Source: an uncultured Acidobacteriaceae bacterium | Lineage (GTDB): Bacteria; Acidobacteriota; Terriglobia; Terriglobales; Acidobacteriaceae | NCBI GenBank assembly: GCA_964245565.1 | Contig: CAXTMY010000005.1 | Location: 24,605 to 88,604, forward strand | Direction: 5' to 3' | Length of the DNA stretch: 64,000 bases | Part shown: positions 28,202-38,322 of the stretch, in pieces | How the letters are laid out: every line of letters begins with the position of its first letter | Position numbering within the stretch: the stretch's first letter is position 1 | Notes under the pieces: model-generated | The model's input: the letters and a program-made list of their open reading frames with translations, nothing else | Database searches by the model: none | What the model was told of the DNA's origin: nothing | Translations under genes and position numbers: made by a program

Positions 28202-29140
28202 ATGTTTGGCAGGCTGCTCCAGGACCTTCGGCGCGCTCTCTGGAAGGCTTTCGGCCACAATGCCTTTACCATTGCCAAAGCCGCCGCCTACTCCGAGATC
28301 CTGAGCCTGTTCCCCGCGCTGCTCGTCTCCGCCACCCTGCTTTCGGCTGTGCCCACCACCGATGCCGTCCGCAGCGATGTCCGCAATGTTCTCAACGACC
28401 TGCTGCCGCCGGACACCATGGGCCTGGTGCAGAACTACTTCGCTCCCTCGACCGGCCGCTCGCACCGCGTCATCTTCTCGGCCTGCGTCGTCGCGCTCGC
28501 CGCTTCCATGGGCGTCATGCTGTCTCTCATGGAGGGTTTTCGCCGCGCCTACCGGCTGCCGCGCGGCCAGTTCGGTTTCTGGAAGGAGCGACTCGTCGCG
28601 CTGCTGCTCATCCCTTCCACGCTGCTGCCCATGCTCTTTGCCACCGCTTTTGTCGTGTTCGGTCACCAGATCGAGCAATGGATGATCGCGAACGCCGATC
28701 ACGAGCTGCGCAGCTACGTGGTGCTGGCCTGGCGCGGTGTGCGCTGGGTCATTGCGCTTTCCACCAGCGTTGCCGTCCTGCAGGTTATCTTTCACTTTTC
28801 GGTCGCGGTCCGGCCGCCGTGGAGCCGTACCCTGCCCGGCGCCCTGCTTGCCACCAGCACCTGGTTTGCCTCCACCATGGCGTACGGGTGGTACGTGACG
28901 CGCTTCGCCGATTACTCCCGGGTGTACGGCTCGCTCGGCGCCGGCATCGCCACGATGGTCTGGCTCTATTTTGTTTCTGTCGCCACGCTGGTCGGCGCGG
29001 AGTTCAACGCGCAGGTGTATCCGCTCTGGGCAGAGCAGCCGGAGACGAACCTTGCCCAGGACGACGCGCTCGAATACCCGGACTGCCATGCTCCGCTCGC
29101 GGCTCGCGGCAATTCTTCTGCCCGCCTGGCCGACGGCTGA
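28202..29140 (+). CDS. YihY/BrkB family membrane protein
   Basis: AAAY..ILSLFP, PGA, YSRVYGSLG...WLY...GAEFN. Confidence 0.9.
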   Translation: MFGRLLQDLRRALWKAFGHNAFTIAKAAAYSEILSLFPALLVSATLLSAVPTTDAVRSDVRNVLNDLLPPDTMGLVQNYFAPSTGRSHRVIFSACVVALAASMGVMLSLMEGFRRAYRLPRGQFGFWKERLVALLLIPSTLLPMLFATAFVVFGHQIEQWMIANADHELRSYVVLAWRGVRWVIALSTSVAVLQVIFHFSVAVRPPWSRTLPGALLATSTWFASTMAYGWYVTRFADYSRVYGSLGAGIATMVWLYFVSVATLVGAEFNAQVYPLWAEQPETNLAQDDALEYPDCHAPLAARGNSSARLADG

Positions 29141-29382
29141 AGCATTCGGCCAGAAGGTACTTGCGCGCTTCGCTTCGAAAGGTGGGGAGACGATGTCATG
29201 CTCTTTCGGCAAGCTGCGGCAAGGCACATTCATCCGAAACGCTGCGCCACATATTCGTAGCACCGTCGTACCCAATCCCGTTACCTGCGCGTTTACCGTG
29301 GAACACTCGAAAAATGAAGAGCAAACCCGTCAAAAAGCAGTCGCAAATGCGCCGAAATTGCGCCCAAAACAGCCATTCGACT

Positions 29383-30666
29383 ATGCTCTCGCGACTGCCG
29401 GTGCTGTTGCTTGCCGTGCTCGCGCTGACCGCAACGTGCAGCGCCCAGCAGGACGCACTCCATCTGCTCGACGAGGTAGCCCGGCAATACGCCGACGCCG
29501 GCAGCTACCATATCGAGGCCATCACCGAATCTCGCTTTTCCTCAGAGCTAAGTAATTCCTGGAATAAAGAGCTGCTTACGGCGGAGCTCGAGCCCGGTAA
29601 TCGCTACCGTTATGAGGGACAGAACCAGAGCGGTTCCGCGATCGTCGTCTCGAATGGAACAGAGGAGTGGGAGCTGCGGCTCTCGTCCGGCGATTACACC
29701 GTGAAGCCGGCCGGCAGCTATGGTCATTCCTTTTACACCTCGCAGCGATCTCAGGAAGAGTATTCTCTCGCACAAGCATTCAACCTGATTGCCGATCTGA
29801 AGCTGACCGGCAGCTTCGCCAAGCAGGCACACTTCTTGCCGGAACAAACGATCACCGTGGGCGGCAACAAAATCCGGTGCCTGGTGGTCACCTACGGTCG
29901 AGACGATCTACTCCGACCTTTATCTTATGCCTCAAATCGCCAGACGTTCTGGATAGACGCAAAACGCAAGGTGATTGTGCAGTCAACAACTGTCGGCGAT
30001 TTCAAAGCCAACGTCGACCCGGCGCACCCGCCGCTTCATCCGATTCTCCGTCATGAAGAAAGCACAACCATCTATCCGGTTGTCGAGCTCAACCAAACAT
30101 TCCCACCGGGCGACTTCGCGTTTACTGCGCCACCGGGAACAGTGCAGGTCAAGGAGTTTCCTCCACCCTACGGGGTCCGGAGGGCATCCGCGCCTGCGAA
30201 TACCGCGAAGCTCCCGGACATGGTCGGCAAAGCGGCTCCCCCTACGATCTTCTACGCTGCCGATGGAAGCCCGTTTCAGTTGAGCAGTCTTCGCGGCCAT
30301 CCCGTGGTGGTAGACCTGTGGGCGACCTGGTGCGCACCGTGCCTGTTACAAATGCCCGCGCTCGACAGGCTTTATCAGCAAACGAAGAACACAGGGCTGA
30401 CCATCGTTGGAATTGACATCGACGCAGGTGCATCCACGGCAGCGGATTTTCTGAAACGAAAAGGCTATGGCTGGGCTGACTATCACTTCAAGCAAGGCCC
30501 CGGCGTCGGCCTCGGCTTTCCGAATACAGGCGTTCCGCTCCTGGTCCTGATCGACAAGGACGGCAAGATCCTCTACTACCATGATGGTGACGACGACGAG
30601 GCCGGTCTACGCGCCGCGGTCAGCAACCTGGGACCGGCCTTCGCTGCGGCGCTGGCAGCGCAGTAA
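29383..30666 (+). CDS. Exported TlpA/redoxin-domain protein with a large N-terminal (LolA-like?) domain
   Basis: Signal peptide; C-terminal VDLWATWCAPC, GVP, LIDKDGKI. Confidence 0.82.
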   Translation: MLSRLPVLLLAVLALTATCSAQQDALHLLDEVARQYADAGSYHIEAITESRFSSELSNSWNKELLTAELEPGNRYRYEGQNQSGSAIVVSNGTEEWELRLSSGDYTVKPAGSYGHSFYTSQRSQEEYSLAQAFNLIADLKLTGSFAKQAHFLPEQTITVGGNKIRCLVVTYGRDDLLRPLSYASNRQTFWIDAKRKVIVQSTTVGDFKANVDPAHPPLHPILRHEESTTIYPVVELNQTFPPGDFAFTAPPGTVQVKEFPPPYGVRRASAPANTAKLPDMVGKAAPPTIFYAADGSPFQLSSLRGHPVVVDLWATWCAPCLLQMPALDRLYQQTKNTGLTIVGIDIDAGASTAADFLKRKGYGWADYHFKQGPGVGLGFPNTGVPLLVLIDKDGKILYYHDGDDDEAGLRAAVSNLGPAFAAALAAQ

Positions 30667-30696
30667 ACGGTTCCTGAATACGCGACGTGGCGGAGA

Positions 30697-31722
30697 TCAG
30701 TCCATCTCCCAGCGCAGCAGCGTGGCGCCTACGGTAAACCCTGCGCCGACGCTGGCCAGCAGGACCATGTCGCCGCGCTTGAGCTTGCCTTCCTTCCGTG
30801 CCGTGCCCATGGCGAGCGGAACCGTCGCTGCGATCGTGTTGGCATACCGGTCGATATTGATCAGGACACGATCCATCGGCATGCTGAGCCGCTGGGCGGT
30901 CGACTCGATAATGCGCCGGTTGGCCTGGTGCGGGATGAAGCAGGCGAGATCTTTGCCCGTCAGGTGATTCCGGGTCAGCACCTTTTCAGAGATCTCCGCC
31001 ATTTTGCGGACGGCAAACTTGTAGACGGCCTGCCCGTCCTGGTAAACGTAATGCTGCTTGGTCGCGACCGTCTCGGCGCTTGCCGGGCGCAGGCTGCCCC
31101 CCGCGGGCAGCCGCAGCGCCAGCGCGCCGGAGCCGTCGATTTCGTGGGCGTAGTCCAGAATGCCTTCTTCTCCGTCTTCCGCCGGTTCCAGCAGCACGGC
31201 GCCGGCGCCATCGCCGAAGAGGATGCACGTGCTGCGGTCCGTGTAGTCGATCATGGAACTCATGGTGTCGGCGCCGATGACCAGGACTTTTTGCTGCGCG
31301 CCGCTCTCGATCAGTTTGGCGCCAACCTGCAGCGCGTATAAAAAGCCCGAGCAGGCCGCGCCCAGGTCGAAGCCCCAGGCATGGTGCGCACCGATCTTCT
31401 CCTGCACCAGGCAGGCGGTCGAGGGGAACGGCATATCCGGACTGACGGTCGCAACGATGATGACCTCGACCTCGTCAGCCGAAATACCGCGCTCGGCCAG
31501 GCAGCGCCGCGCCGCCGCTGCCCCTAAGTCACTGGTGGCGCAGCCTTTTTCAACAATGTGCCGCTCGCGAATCCCGGTGCGCTCCACGATCCACTCGTCG
31601 CTGGTGTCGACCATCTTTTCAAAATCGGCGTTGGTCAGGATGCGATCGGGGACGTAGCAGCCGAGCGCGCTGATTTTGGCGCGGCGGACCAGCTTCTGGT
31701 TTTCAACGGGATGCAAAGGCAT
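30697..31722 (-). CDS. fabH: Beta-ketoacyl-ACP synthase III
   Basis: [38 protein letters not shown]. Confidence 0.95.
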   Translation of the reverse strand: MPLHPVENQKLVRRAKISALGCYVPDRILTNADFEKMVDTSDEWIVERTGIRERHIVEKGCATSDLGAAAARRCLAERGISADEVEVIIVATVSPDMPFPSTACLVQEKIGAHHAWGFDLGAACSGFLYALQVGAKLIESGAQQKVLVIGADTMSSMIDYTDRSTCILFGDGAGAVLLEPAEDGEEGILDYAHEIDGSGALALRLPAGGSLRPASAETVATKQHYVYQDGQAVYKFAVRKMAEISEKVLTRNHLTGKDLACFIPHQANRRIIESTAQRLSMPMDRVLINIDRYANTIAATVPLAMGTARKEGKLKRGDMVLLASVGAGFTVGATLLRWEMD

Positions 31723-31824
31723 TCTCCAGGCAAGCAAGGGAAGTCAAGGGCCGCCGCGACAGAGGGCAGCTGAACAGCATTGATTGTCTCTGAGGGGGCG
31801 TCCGGTGTCGAATGACTGGAGTTT

Positions 31825-31937
31825 TAGAGCATTGGCGGTCTTGGGGTAGAGTTCGGGCTTCTCGCTCCAGCGGCTCTTCCCGGTGGAAAGCAACGCGCAC
31901 ACCGCCTGTCTCTCGAGGTGTTGCGTGACAATGCATC
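31825..31937. repeat. Family A repeat, degenerate
   Basis: TAGAGCATTG...CGCTCCAGCGGCTCTTCC..GGAAAGCAACGCGCACA...ACAATGCA, collinear with the 14881 copy. Confidence 0.75.
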
Positions 31938-31964
31938 GGCCCGTGGCTGCCTGTGGATGTTCAA

Positions 31965-32061
31965 GTACCGGGAGACCTGCTGCGCACGCACTGGCCCGTT
32001 GCCGTTGCTTCCTTCCGGACCTGGCGGGGTTGGCGGGATTGCGCCGCGCAGGGCCCGGCAC
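31965..32061 (-). ncRNA. ffs: Signal recognition particle RNA (4.5S, small bacterial SRP)
   Basis: The minus strand contains the domain IV signature CCGCCAGGTCCGGAAGGAAGCAACGG. 5' GTGCCGGG pairs with 3' CCCGGTAC; length about 97 nt. Confidence 0.93.
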
Positions 32062-32067
32062 AACCAG

Positions 32068-32076
32068 AGTTTACCA
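32068..32076 (-). promoter_or_regulatory. Extended -10 promoter of ffs (TGG-TAAACT)
   Basis: TAAACT lies 6 nt upstream of the predicted RNA 5' end and is preceded by TG. Confidence 0.65.
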
Positions 32077-32136
32077 TCGTGCGAGCGGATGCGGAAAGTC
32101 ACACATCGCACAGGTCCGCGGCCTCCTATCGCGCAA

Positions 32137-32210
32137 CGCGTGGCTTTCCGCCGGATGAAGCCACGGGGTGCGTCTGCGCTGACCCGCACGCCTACCGAAG
32201 AATTGCTCTA
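32137..32210. repeat. Family A repeat, degenerate right part
   Basis: CGCGTGGCTTTCCGCCGGATGAAGCCAC...GAATTGCTCTA; the terminal TA begins the TAAAAT box before rimO. Confidence 0.65.
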
Positions 32211-32220
32211 AAATACTATA

Positions 32221-33795
32221 GTGCAGTCCACACTTCAGCTTCCCGGTGCGCCCGCGGCCGCATCCCTGGAATCAGCAGCCGGTGCCGCGCCGCTGAAAAT
32301 CGGTTTTGTCTCGCTCGGCTGCCCCAAGAACCTCGTCGACAGTGAAGTGATGATGGGCCTCCTGCAGCAGGCCGGCGCCGAGCTTACCACCGATACCGCC
32401 TCGGCCGATGTGCTGGTCGTCAACACCTGCTCGTTCATCGATTCAGCCAAACAGGAGTCCGTCGATACGATCCTGGAGATGGCCGGCCACAAGGCTTCCG
32501 CCGGTGGGCGCGCCCAGCGTCTGGTCGTTGCCGGCTGCCTGGTGGAACGCTATCGCGACGAGATTCAGAAGAATATCCCGGAGGTCGATGCGGTTGTCGG
32601 CACGGGCGAGCTCGAGGCGATCCTGAAGGCCGCCGGGCTGGTGAAGCCGGTTGTGCCTGTGCCGCCGCGGCCTTCGCTGTTCCGTATCCTGGACACCCCC
32701 ACGGGTCCGGCCGCGGCTGCGGCGATCGTCCATCCCGCTGCGGAATCGGTGATCGCGTCACGTCCGGCGGGTGACCTGCGCGAGCAGCAGGGCCGGTTCA
32801 CCCGCTCCGACTGGGACGGCGCGGAAACCTCCGCCCTGCCGACCTACCTGTACGACGAGGAGACTCCGCGCCTGCTCGCGACCGGCCGTGCCTCGGCGTA
32901 CATCAAGATCGCCGAAGGCTGCGACCATCCCTGCACGTTCTGTGTCATTCCCAACCTGCGCGGCAAGTTCCGCTCGCGCCGGCTGGAGTCAGTCGTCGCC
33001 GAGGCCGAGCGTCTGGTCGCGAGCGGGGTACGCGAGCTCACGCTGATCGGACAGGACACCACCTGCTACGGAGAAGACCTGGGCATGCGCGACGGGCTCG
33101 CGCTGCTGCTGGACCGGCTTGCCCGGATCGACGGCCTGGTCTGGCTCCGTTTCCTCTACACCTATCCGAACCGCATCACCACGCGCCTGCTCGAAACCAT
33201 GGCGAAGCATGACACGATCTGCCCGTACCTGGATGTTCCCCTGCAGCACGCTTCGCCTGCGGTGCTCAAGCGCATGCGGCGCGGCGCAGGCGCGGAGATC
33301 TTTCTGCTTACGCTCGAGAAAGCACGGGCTGCCGTGCCGAACCTGGTTGTGCGCACGGGATTTATCGTCGGCTTTCCCGGGGAAACGGACGAGGACTTCC
33401 GCATCCTGAAGCAGTTTGTGCGCGACGCGCAGTTCGACTGGATGGGCGCATTCTCCTACTCGGATGAAGAAGGCGCGGGCGCATTCGCGTTCGGCGAAAA
33501 GATCCCGCGGCGCACCATCGAGGCGCGCCGCCGCCAGCTCATGAAGCTCCAGCAGGGCATTTCAAAGACCGCTAAGCAGCGCTGGGTCGGTCGTCGCGTC
33601 AAGGTTCTGGTCGAGGGTCCGAGCGAGGAGACGCCCCTGCTCTGGGAAGGCCGCTCCGCTTTCCACGCCCCCGAGATCGATGGCAAGCTGTACCTGAACG
33701 ACTTCGGGGATTATGAGATGCTGGTCCCGGGCACGTTTTACGACTGCGAGATTACTGAAGCGCACGATTACGATGTGGTGGCACGGGTGCTGTGA
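32221..33795 (+). CDS. rimO: Ribosomal protein S12 methylthiotransferase
   Basis: SLGCPKNLVDSE, NTCSFI, AGCL, YIKIAEGCDHPCTFC, GFPGET, APEIDG (TRAM domain). Confidence 0.96.
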   Translation: MQSTLQLPGAPAAASLESAAGAAPLKIGFVSLGCPKNLVDSEVMMGLLQQAGAELTTDTASADVLVVNTCSFIDSAKQESVDTILEMAGHKASAGGRAQRLVVAGCLVERYRDEIQKNIPEVDAVVGTGELEAILKAAGLVKPVVPVPPRPSLFRILDTPTGPAAAAAIVHPAAESVIASRPAGDLREQQGRFTRSDWDGAETSALPTYLYDEETPRLLATGRASAYIKIAEGCDHPCTFCVIPNLRGKFRSRRLESVVAEAERLVASGVRELTLIGQDTTCYGEDLGMRDGLALLLDRLARIDGLVWLRFLYTYPNRITTRLLETMAKHDTICPYLDVPLQHASPAVLKRMRRGAGAEIFLLTLEKARAAVPNLVVRTGFIVGFPGETDEDFRILKQFVRDAQFDWMGAFSYSDEEGAGAFAFGEKIPRRTIEARRRQLMKLQQGISKTAKQRWVGRRVKVLVEGPSEETPLLWEGRSAFHAPEIDGKLYLNDFGDYEMLVPGTFYDCEITEAHDYDVVARVL

Positions 33796-34028
33796 TGACA
33801 AAGAGAGCGCCTGCGAAGCTGAAAGCGCTGCGCTGCCCAAGCTGCAGCAAGCTGGTCACCGCGACCGATCCCGAGTTTCCTTTCTGCTCGGATCGGTGCC
33901 GGCTCATCGATCTCGGCAAGTGGGCATCGGGAGCGTACCGCATTTCTTCGCCCATCCACGACCCGGAGTTGCTGGACGAACTGGATGGGCTGCGCGGGGC
34001 TGACCGGCGAGCCGGCGACGATGAGTGA
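33795..34028 (+). CDS. yacG: DNA gyrase inhibitor YacG
   Basis: CPSC...PFCSDRCRLIDLGKWASGAYRI. Confidence 0.93.
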   Translation: MTKRAPAKLKALRCPSCSKLVTATDPEFPFCSDRCRLIDLGKWASGAYRISSPIHDPELLDELDGLRGADRRAGDDE

Positions 34029-34578
34029 CGGTGAAACCACAGAGCAGTTGCGGGAGCCGGGGCCAGCGCCGGTAAGGGCTCCGTTGCGGAGCCTGATCCG
34101 CACGCCCTGGGCGTGGGCGGTCTCTACGTTTCTGGGCGCAGGCTTTCTCAAGCCCGGCCCTGGCACCTGGGCCTCGGTTGCGGCGGTACTGCTGTGGCTG
34201 CTGTTCGCCGGCCTCGCTTCTCCCACGCCGCCTGCGCTGCGCGCCGTGACCCTGCTCGCTGCGCTGGTCGCCATTGTGGCCGGCATTCCGGCAGCCACCG
34301 TGGTCGAGTTCGAATCAGACCGTGAAGATCCGGGCCATGTGGTCATCGACGAGGTCGCCGGGCAGTGGATCGCCCTGCTCGCCTTCTGCGGCTATGGGCA
34401 CCAGGACTGGGCACACGCTCTGCTGGCGCTGCTGCTTTTCCGCTTGTTCGACATCCTGAAGCCGCCGCCCGTTCGCCAGCTGGAGCGCCTCCACGCAGGC
34501 GTCGGCATCCTGATGGACGATGCCGCAGCCGGGCTGTATGCGCTGATCGTTGGCGCCATTATCGGGCACTGGTGGTAA
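34021..34578 (+). CDS. pgpA: Phosphatidylglycerophosphatase A
   Basis: PGPGTWAS, DPGHVVIDEVAGQ, LFRLFDILKP, GILMDD. Confidence 0.93.
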   Translation: MSDGETTEQLREPGPAPVRAPLRSLIRTPWAWAVSTFLGAGFLKPGPGTWASVAAVLLWLLFAGLASPTPPALRAVTLLAALVAIVAGIPAATVVEFESDREDPGHVVIDEVAGQWIALLAFCGYGHQDWAHALLALLLFRLFDILKPPPVRQLERLHAGVGILMDDAAAGLYALIVGAIIGHWW

Positions 34579-34654
34579 AGCATCTTCACCCGGATCGAGA
34601 GAAGGACCGTGGCGTGCGCGTGGCTTCTCCGTCTGCCCAGGGGTGAAAAACTTC
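34576..34654. repeat. Family A repeat with an internal deletion
   Basis: TAAAGCATCTTCACCC...GCGCGTGGCTTCTCC...GGGTGAAAA; begins at the pgpA stop. Confidence 0.6.
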
Positions 34655-34708
34655 TGGCGGGGCCTTGCGCATGGCTCACTCCCGCTCGATTCGCTACAGT
34701 AGAAGAGG

Positions 34709-35752
34709 ATGAGATTTGACGCACAGAACCCTGAAGCAACGCCGGCTCCACGCATCACCCGCGTTCATCCTGTCGCGGCGCTCCCTGCCGGAGAGATTCA
34801 CGTACACGGGGAGCATCTCGCCACTGTAGCCGGGCGCCTGCCTGTGGCCATGGTGGGCGAACTGGCCGCCACCGTGCTCATGTCGCGCGCGGAGCGGCTG
34901 GTGCTGCGCATGCCCGACGAGGGCGAATCCGGCATCCTGCGTATTCTGCGCAACGGTGAGCAGAGCAACGGCGTGACGGTGGATATGGCGGAGCTGCTCG
35001 CGACCGGCATTCACCAGGTCGCCAACCCCGCCGTGGATGCGCTGGGCAACGTCTACGCCACTTTTTCCGGCTCCCGCGGACAGGAAACGCCGGTTTCGGT
35101 ATTCCGGATCACGCCTTCGGGCGAGGTCGCTCCTTTCGTCGCCGGCATCACGAACGCCACAGGACTGGCCGTCGGCGCGGACGGCTACCTCTATATCTCC
35201 TCGCGCAACGACGGCACCATCTACCGGGCCTCGTCCGAGGGCGCGGTGTCGAGCTTCTCCGAGGGGATGGGCATCGCGACAGGCATCACGTTCGATGCTG
35301 CCGGGAATTTGTATGTCGGCGACCGCAGCGGAACGATCTTCAAAATCGCGCCCGACCGGCAGATCTTTGTCTTCGCGACCATCGAGCCTTCCATTGCCGC
35401 CTACCACCTCGCCTTCGGGCTTGACGGAACCCTGTTTGTGGCGGGCCCGACGACCTCCAGCTACGACACCCTGTACGCGATCGGACCGGACGGAACGCCG
35501 CATGTGCACTACCGCGGACTGGGCCGTCCGCAGGGCATCGCGCTGGACGTTGCCGGGAACGTGTACGTCGGCGCGTCGCTCGCCGGCCGGCGCGGCATTG
35601 TGCAGATTTCGCTCGATGGAACTGCCGAGCTGGTCGCGGCGGGCAGCGGCATCGCCGGACTGGCATTTATCCCGGGCGGTGACGCGGTCGTCGCAACCGC
35701 CGGCGCGCTGTTTACCCTGCCGCTCGGGGTCGAGGGGTTGCGGCTTTTCTAA
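34709..35752 (+). CDS. IPT/TIG-like domain plus NHL/SMP-30 beta-propeller protein
   Basis: Repeated G(L/I)A(F/V)DxxGNLYV-type units. Confidence 0.78.
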   Translation: MRFDAQNPEATPAPRITRVHPVAALPAGEIHVHGEHLATVAGRLPVAMVGELAATVLMSRAERLVLRMPDEGESGILRILRNGEQSNGVTVDMAELLATGIHQVANPAVDALGNVYATFSGSRGQETPVSVFRITPSGEVAPFVAGITNATGLAVGADGYLYISSRNDGTIYRASSEGAVSSFSEGMGIATGITFDAAGNLYVGDRSGTIFKIAPDRQIFVFATIEPSIAAYHLAFGLDGTLFVAGPTTSSYDTLYAIGPDGTPHVHYRGLGRPQGIALDVAGNVYVGASLAGRRGIVQISLDGTAELVAAGSGIAGLAFIPGGDAVVATAGALFTLPLGVEGLRLF

Positions 35753-35777
35753 GCAGCACCAGGAAAGAGAACGAAAC

Positions 35778-37031
35778 ATGAACTGTGACATTATCGCGGT
35801 CGGCTCTGAGTTGCTCACACCCTACCGCCAGGACACAAACTCGCTCTACCTTACCGAGCAGCTGAACCAGCTCGGTGTCCGCGTTTCCGCCAAGACCATC
35901 GTCGGCGACCGCCGCGAGCACCTCGTGGGCGCGATACGCAACGCGCTGACGCGGGCCGATATCGTGCTCGTTACCGGCGGGCTCGGCCCCACGGAAGACG
36001 ACCTTACCCGCGAGTCGGCTGCCGAGGCGCTCGGACTGCGCCTGCGCCGCAACCAGGAGATCGTCGCTTCGCTGTACGCGCGGTTCGCCGCGCGCCGCAT
36101 CCAGATTACCGACAACAACACCAAGCAGGGAGATGTGCTTGAAGGCGCCGCAGCGCTGACCAACAACGCCGGCACGGCTCCGGGGCAGTGGCTCGACACC
36201 GTTCACGAGGGTCACCGCAAGCTCGTGATCCTGCTGCCCGGGCCACCGAGCGAGATGAAGCCGATGTTCGAGGCGGAAGTGCTGCCAAGGCTCACGGAAG
36301 CGATTCCGCGTCGCTATTTTGCGACCCGCACGCTGAAGGCGGCGATGATCGGCGAGTCGGCCTGCGATGCACGGATTGCGCCCATTTACAGCCAGTACGC
36401 GGACGTCGAGACGACAATCCTCGCGCATCTCGGCGACATCCAGCTTTCGCTGATCTGTACCAAGCCCACGCTTGAGCTGGCGCAGAAACGCGTCGATGCG
36501 CTTGCCGGTGCGATTGAAGAAGAGCTGGACGATGTGCTCTATTCCTCCAGCGGCGAGTCGCTCGAGCGGATCGTGCTGTACCAGCTGGAGCTGGCCGGCG
36601 CCACGCTCGCGACCGCGGAGAGCTGCACCGGCGGCATGATCGCGCAGCGGCTAACCGGCATCAGCGGTTCGTCGCGCTCGTTCCTCGGCGGAGTGGTGGT
36701 GTACTCAAACGAGCTCAAGACGCTCTTTACCGGGGTTCCGGCAGGGCTTATTGCCGCGAATGGGGCGGTGAGCCGCGAGGTGGCCTCGGCGCTGGCAACG
36801 GGGATTCGCGCAAAGGCAGGCAGCACGTTGGGTGTCGGCGTAACCGGCGTCGCCGGCCCGCTCGGCGGCACGGACGACAAGCCGGTCGGCCTCGTTTACA
36901 TCGCAGTGACGGACGGGGTGCAGACAGACGTCATGGAGAAGCGGTTCCAGGGCGATCGCGACCGCATCCGTCAGTACGCCAGCCAGCAGGCGCTCGACAT
37001 GGTCCGCCGGCGTCTGCTTACGCGCAGGTAG
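35778..37031 (+). CDS. cinA: Competence/damage-inducible protein CinA (MoeA-like plus PncC domains)
   Basis: VGSELL, DTNS, TGGLGPTEDD, GTAPG, LPGPP, TAESCTGG, GAVS, TGVAGP. Confidence 0.95.
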   Translation: MNCDIIAVGSELLTPYRQDTNSLYLTEQLNQLGVRVSAKTIVGDRREHLVGAIRNALTRADIVLVTGGLGPTEDDLTRESAAEALGLRLRRNQEIVASLYARFAARRIQITDNNTKQGDVLEGAAALTNNAGTAPGQWLDTVHEGHRKLVILLPGPPSEMKPMFEAEVLPRLTEAIPRRYFATRTLKAAMIGESACDARIAPIYSQYADVETTILAHLGDIQLSLICTKPTLELAQKRVDALAGAIEEELDDVLYSSSGESLERIVLYQLELAGATLATAESCTGGMIAQRLTGISGSSRSFLGGVVVYSNELKTLFTGVPAGLIAANGAVSREVASALATGIRAKAGSTLGVGVTGVAGPLGGTDDKPVGLVYIAVTDGVQTDVMEKRFQGDRDRIRQYASQQALDMVRRRLLTRR

Positions 37032-37047
37032 GCAAGCGCCTGATGGA

Positions 37048-37569
37048 TTACGGCTTTTGCGCGAGGGCAGCCGTATAGAAGGTGTAGGTCGCCCGGTATG
37101 GAATGCGCGTGACTGCGCCGGCATGTGCCGCGTCGCAGCCGGCCGTCGGTGCGACCCCGCCACGCGTGTTTGACCGCCGCACCCACACAATCGGTGAAAG
37201 TTTGCCGGTGACCGTGCCGCGGGGTTGCGTCTTCACGAGTAGCCACGGCACATTTCCGGCTTCGGGCGCGGCTTTTGTCTGCGTCACCTTCCCGGCGATG
37301 GAGCTGCCATCGTTCCAGGTCCAGGTGGGTCCGGCGTCGTGTGTGCCTACCTGCTTTTGCGTGGCAGGATCGACCAGCTTTGCTTCCGGCGCGCGGAACG
37401 TCCAGCCGTAGCTGCCGGACTGGTTCGTGCAAGCGTAAATCTGCACGCCGCTCCCCTCGACAGAGACGACAGCGGTAGCTCCGGCCGGTATGGTCGGGTC
37501 GGCCGCCGCCATGGGCCGCGGCGCCTGGAACGGCAGAAGCACAAGCAGGGCTGTGAGCGCGATGAGCAT
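37048..37569 (-). CDS. DUF3455-like secreted protein
   Basis: Signal peptide; GVQIYAC, APEA.L, GPTW, VPWLL, TRGG.AP, YRATYTFY. Confidence 0.85.
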   Translation of the reverse strand: MLIALTALLVLLPFQAPRPMAAADPTIPAGATAVVSVEGSGVQIYACTNQSGSYGWTFRAPEAKLVDPATQKQVGTHDAGPTWTWNDGSSIAGKVTQTKAAPEAGNVPWLLVKTQPRGTVTGKLSPIVWVRRSNTRGGVAPTAGCDAAHAGAVTRIPYRATYTFYTAALAQKP

Positions 37570-37653
37570 GATGCAGAAACGCTATCAGAAGGGCAGCATG
37601 CGGCGCGCGTTCCTGCTTTCGATCTGTCTCCGGTGCGGTACACTCGAAGCGCG

Positions 37654-38322
37654 ATGAACGCTTTACCCTTCTTCCTGATCGCCGTGGTTGCGTATCTGCT
37701 CGGGTCTATTCCGTGGGGCTACGTGCTGGTCCGCGCGTTTCGCCATCAGGATATCCGCGCGACGGGCAGCGGCAATATCGGCGCCACGAACGTGATGCGC
37801 TCCGGCGCAAAGGGGCTGGGCGCGCTTACTTTTCTGCTCGATGCCGCAAAGGGCTGGATCGCGGTCATTTTCGCGACCGGCGTGTTGCCCATGCTGCCCG
37901 CGCGATGGGTGCAGCATGACGCTGCGTACACCTTTCATGTCGGCGTGGCTGCCTCTGTCGCGGCGATGTGCGCACTGCTCGGCCATATCTTTCCGGTGTG
38001 GCTGGGTTTCCGCGGCGGCAAAGGCGTGGCGACTGCCTTCGGTGTCGTGCTCGGCCTGGCGTGGCCGGTGGCGCTCACCTCGCTCGCGGTATTTCTTGTC
38101 TCACTGGCCCTGTGGCGCATCGTTTCTCTCGCATCCATCTGGGGCGCGGTTGCCATGGCGCTCGCCGGCTTTGCGCTGCCGCCGCACCTTGGCCGCGGCT
38201 GGGTTGTGCTGTCTGTCCTGGTCGCAGTGCCGGTCATCGTAGTGCTCAAGCACCATGCGAACATCCGCCGGCTGCTGGCCGGGACGGAGTACCGTTTCGG
38301 CAAAAGCCCTTCCGCCGCATGA
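37654..38322 (+). CDS. plsY: Glycerol-3-phosphate acyltransferase
   Basis: YLLGSIP, GSGNIGATN, DAAKG, GHIFP..FRGGKGVAT, HHANIRRL. Confidence 0.96.
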   Translation: MNALPFFLIAVVAYLLGSIPWGYVLVRAFRHQDIRATGSGNIGATNVMRSGAKGLGALTFLLDAAKGWIAVIFATGVLPMLPARWVQHDAAYTFHVGVAASVAAMCALLGHIFPVWLGFRGGKGVATAFGVVLGLAWPVALTSLAVFLVSLALWRIVSLASIWGAVAMALAGFALPPHLGRGWVVLSVLVAVPVIVVLKHHANIRRLLAGTEYRFGKSPSAA

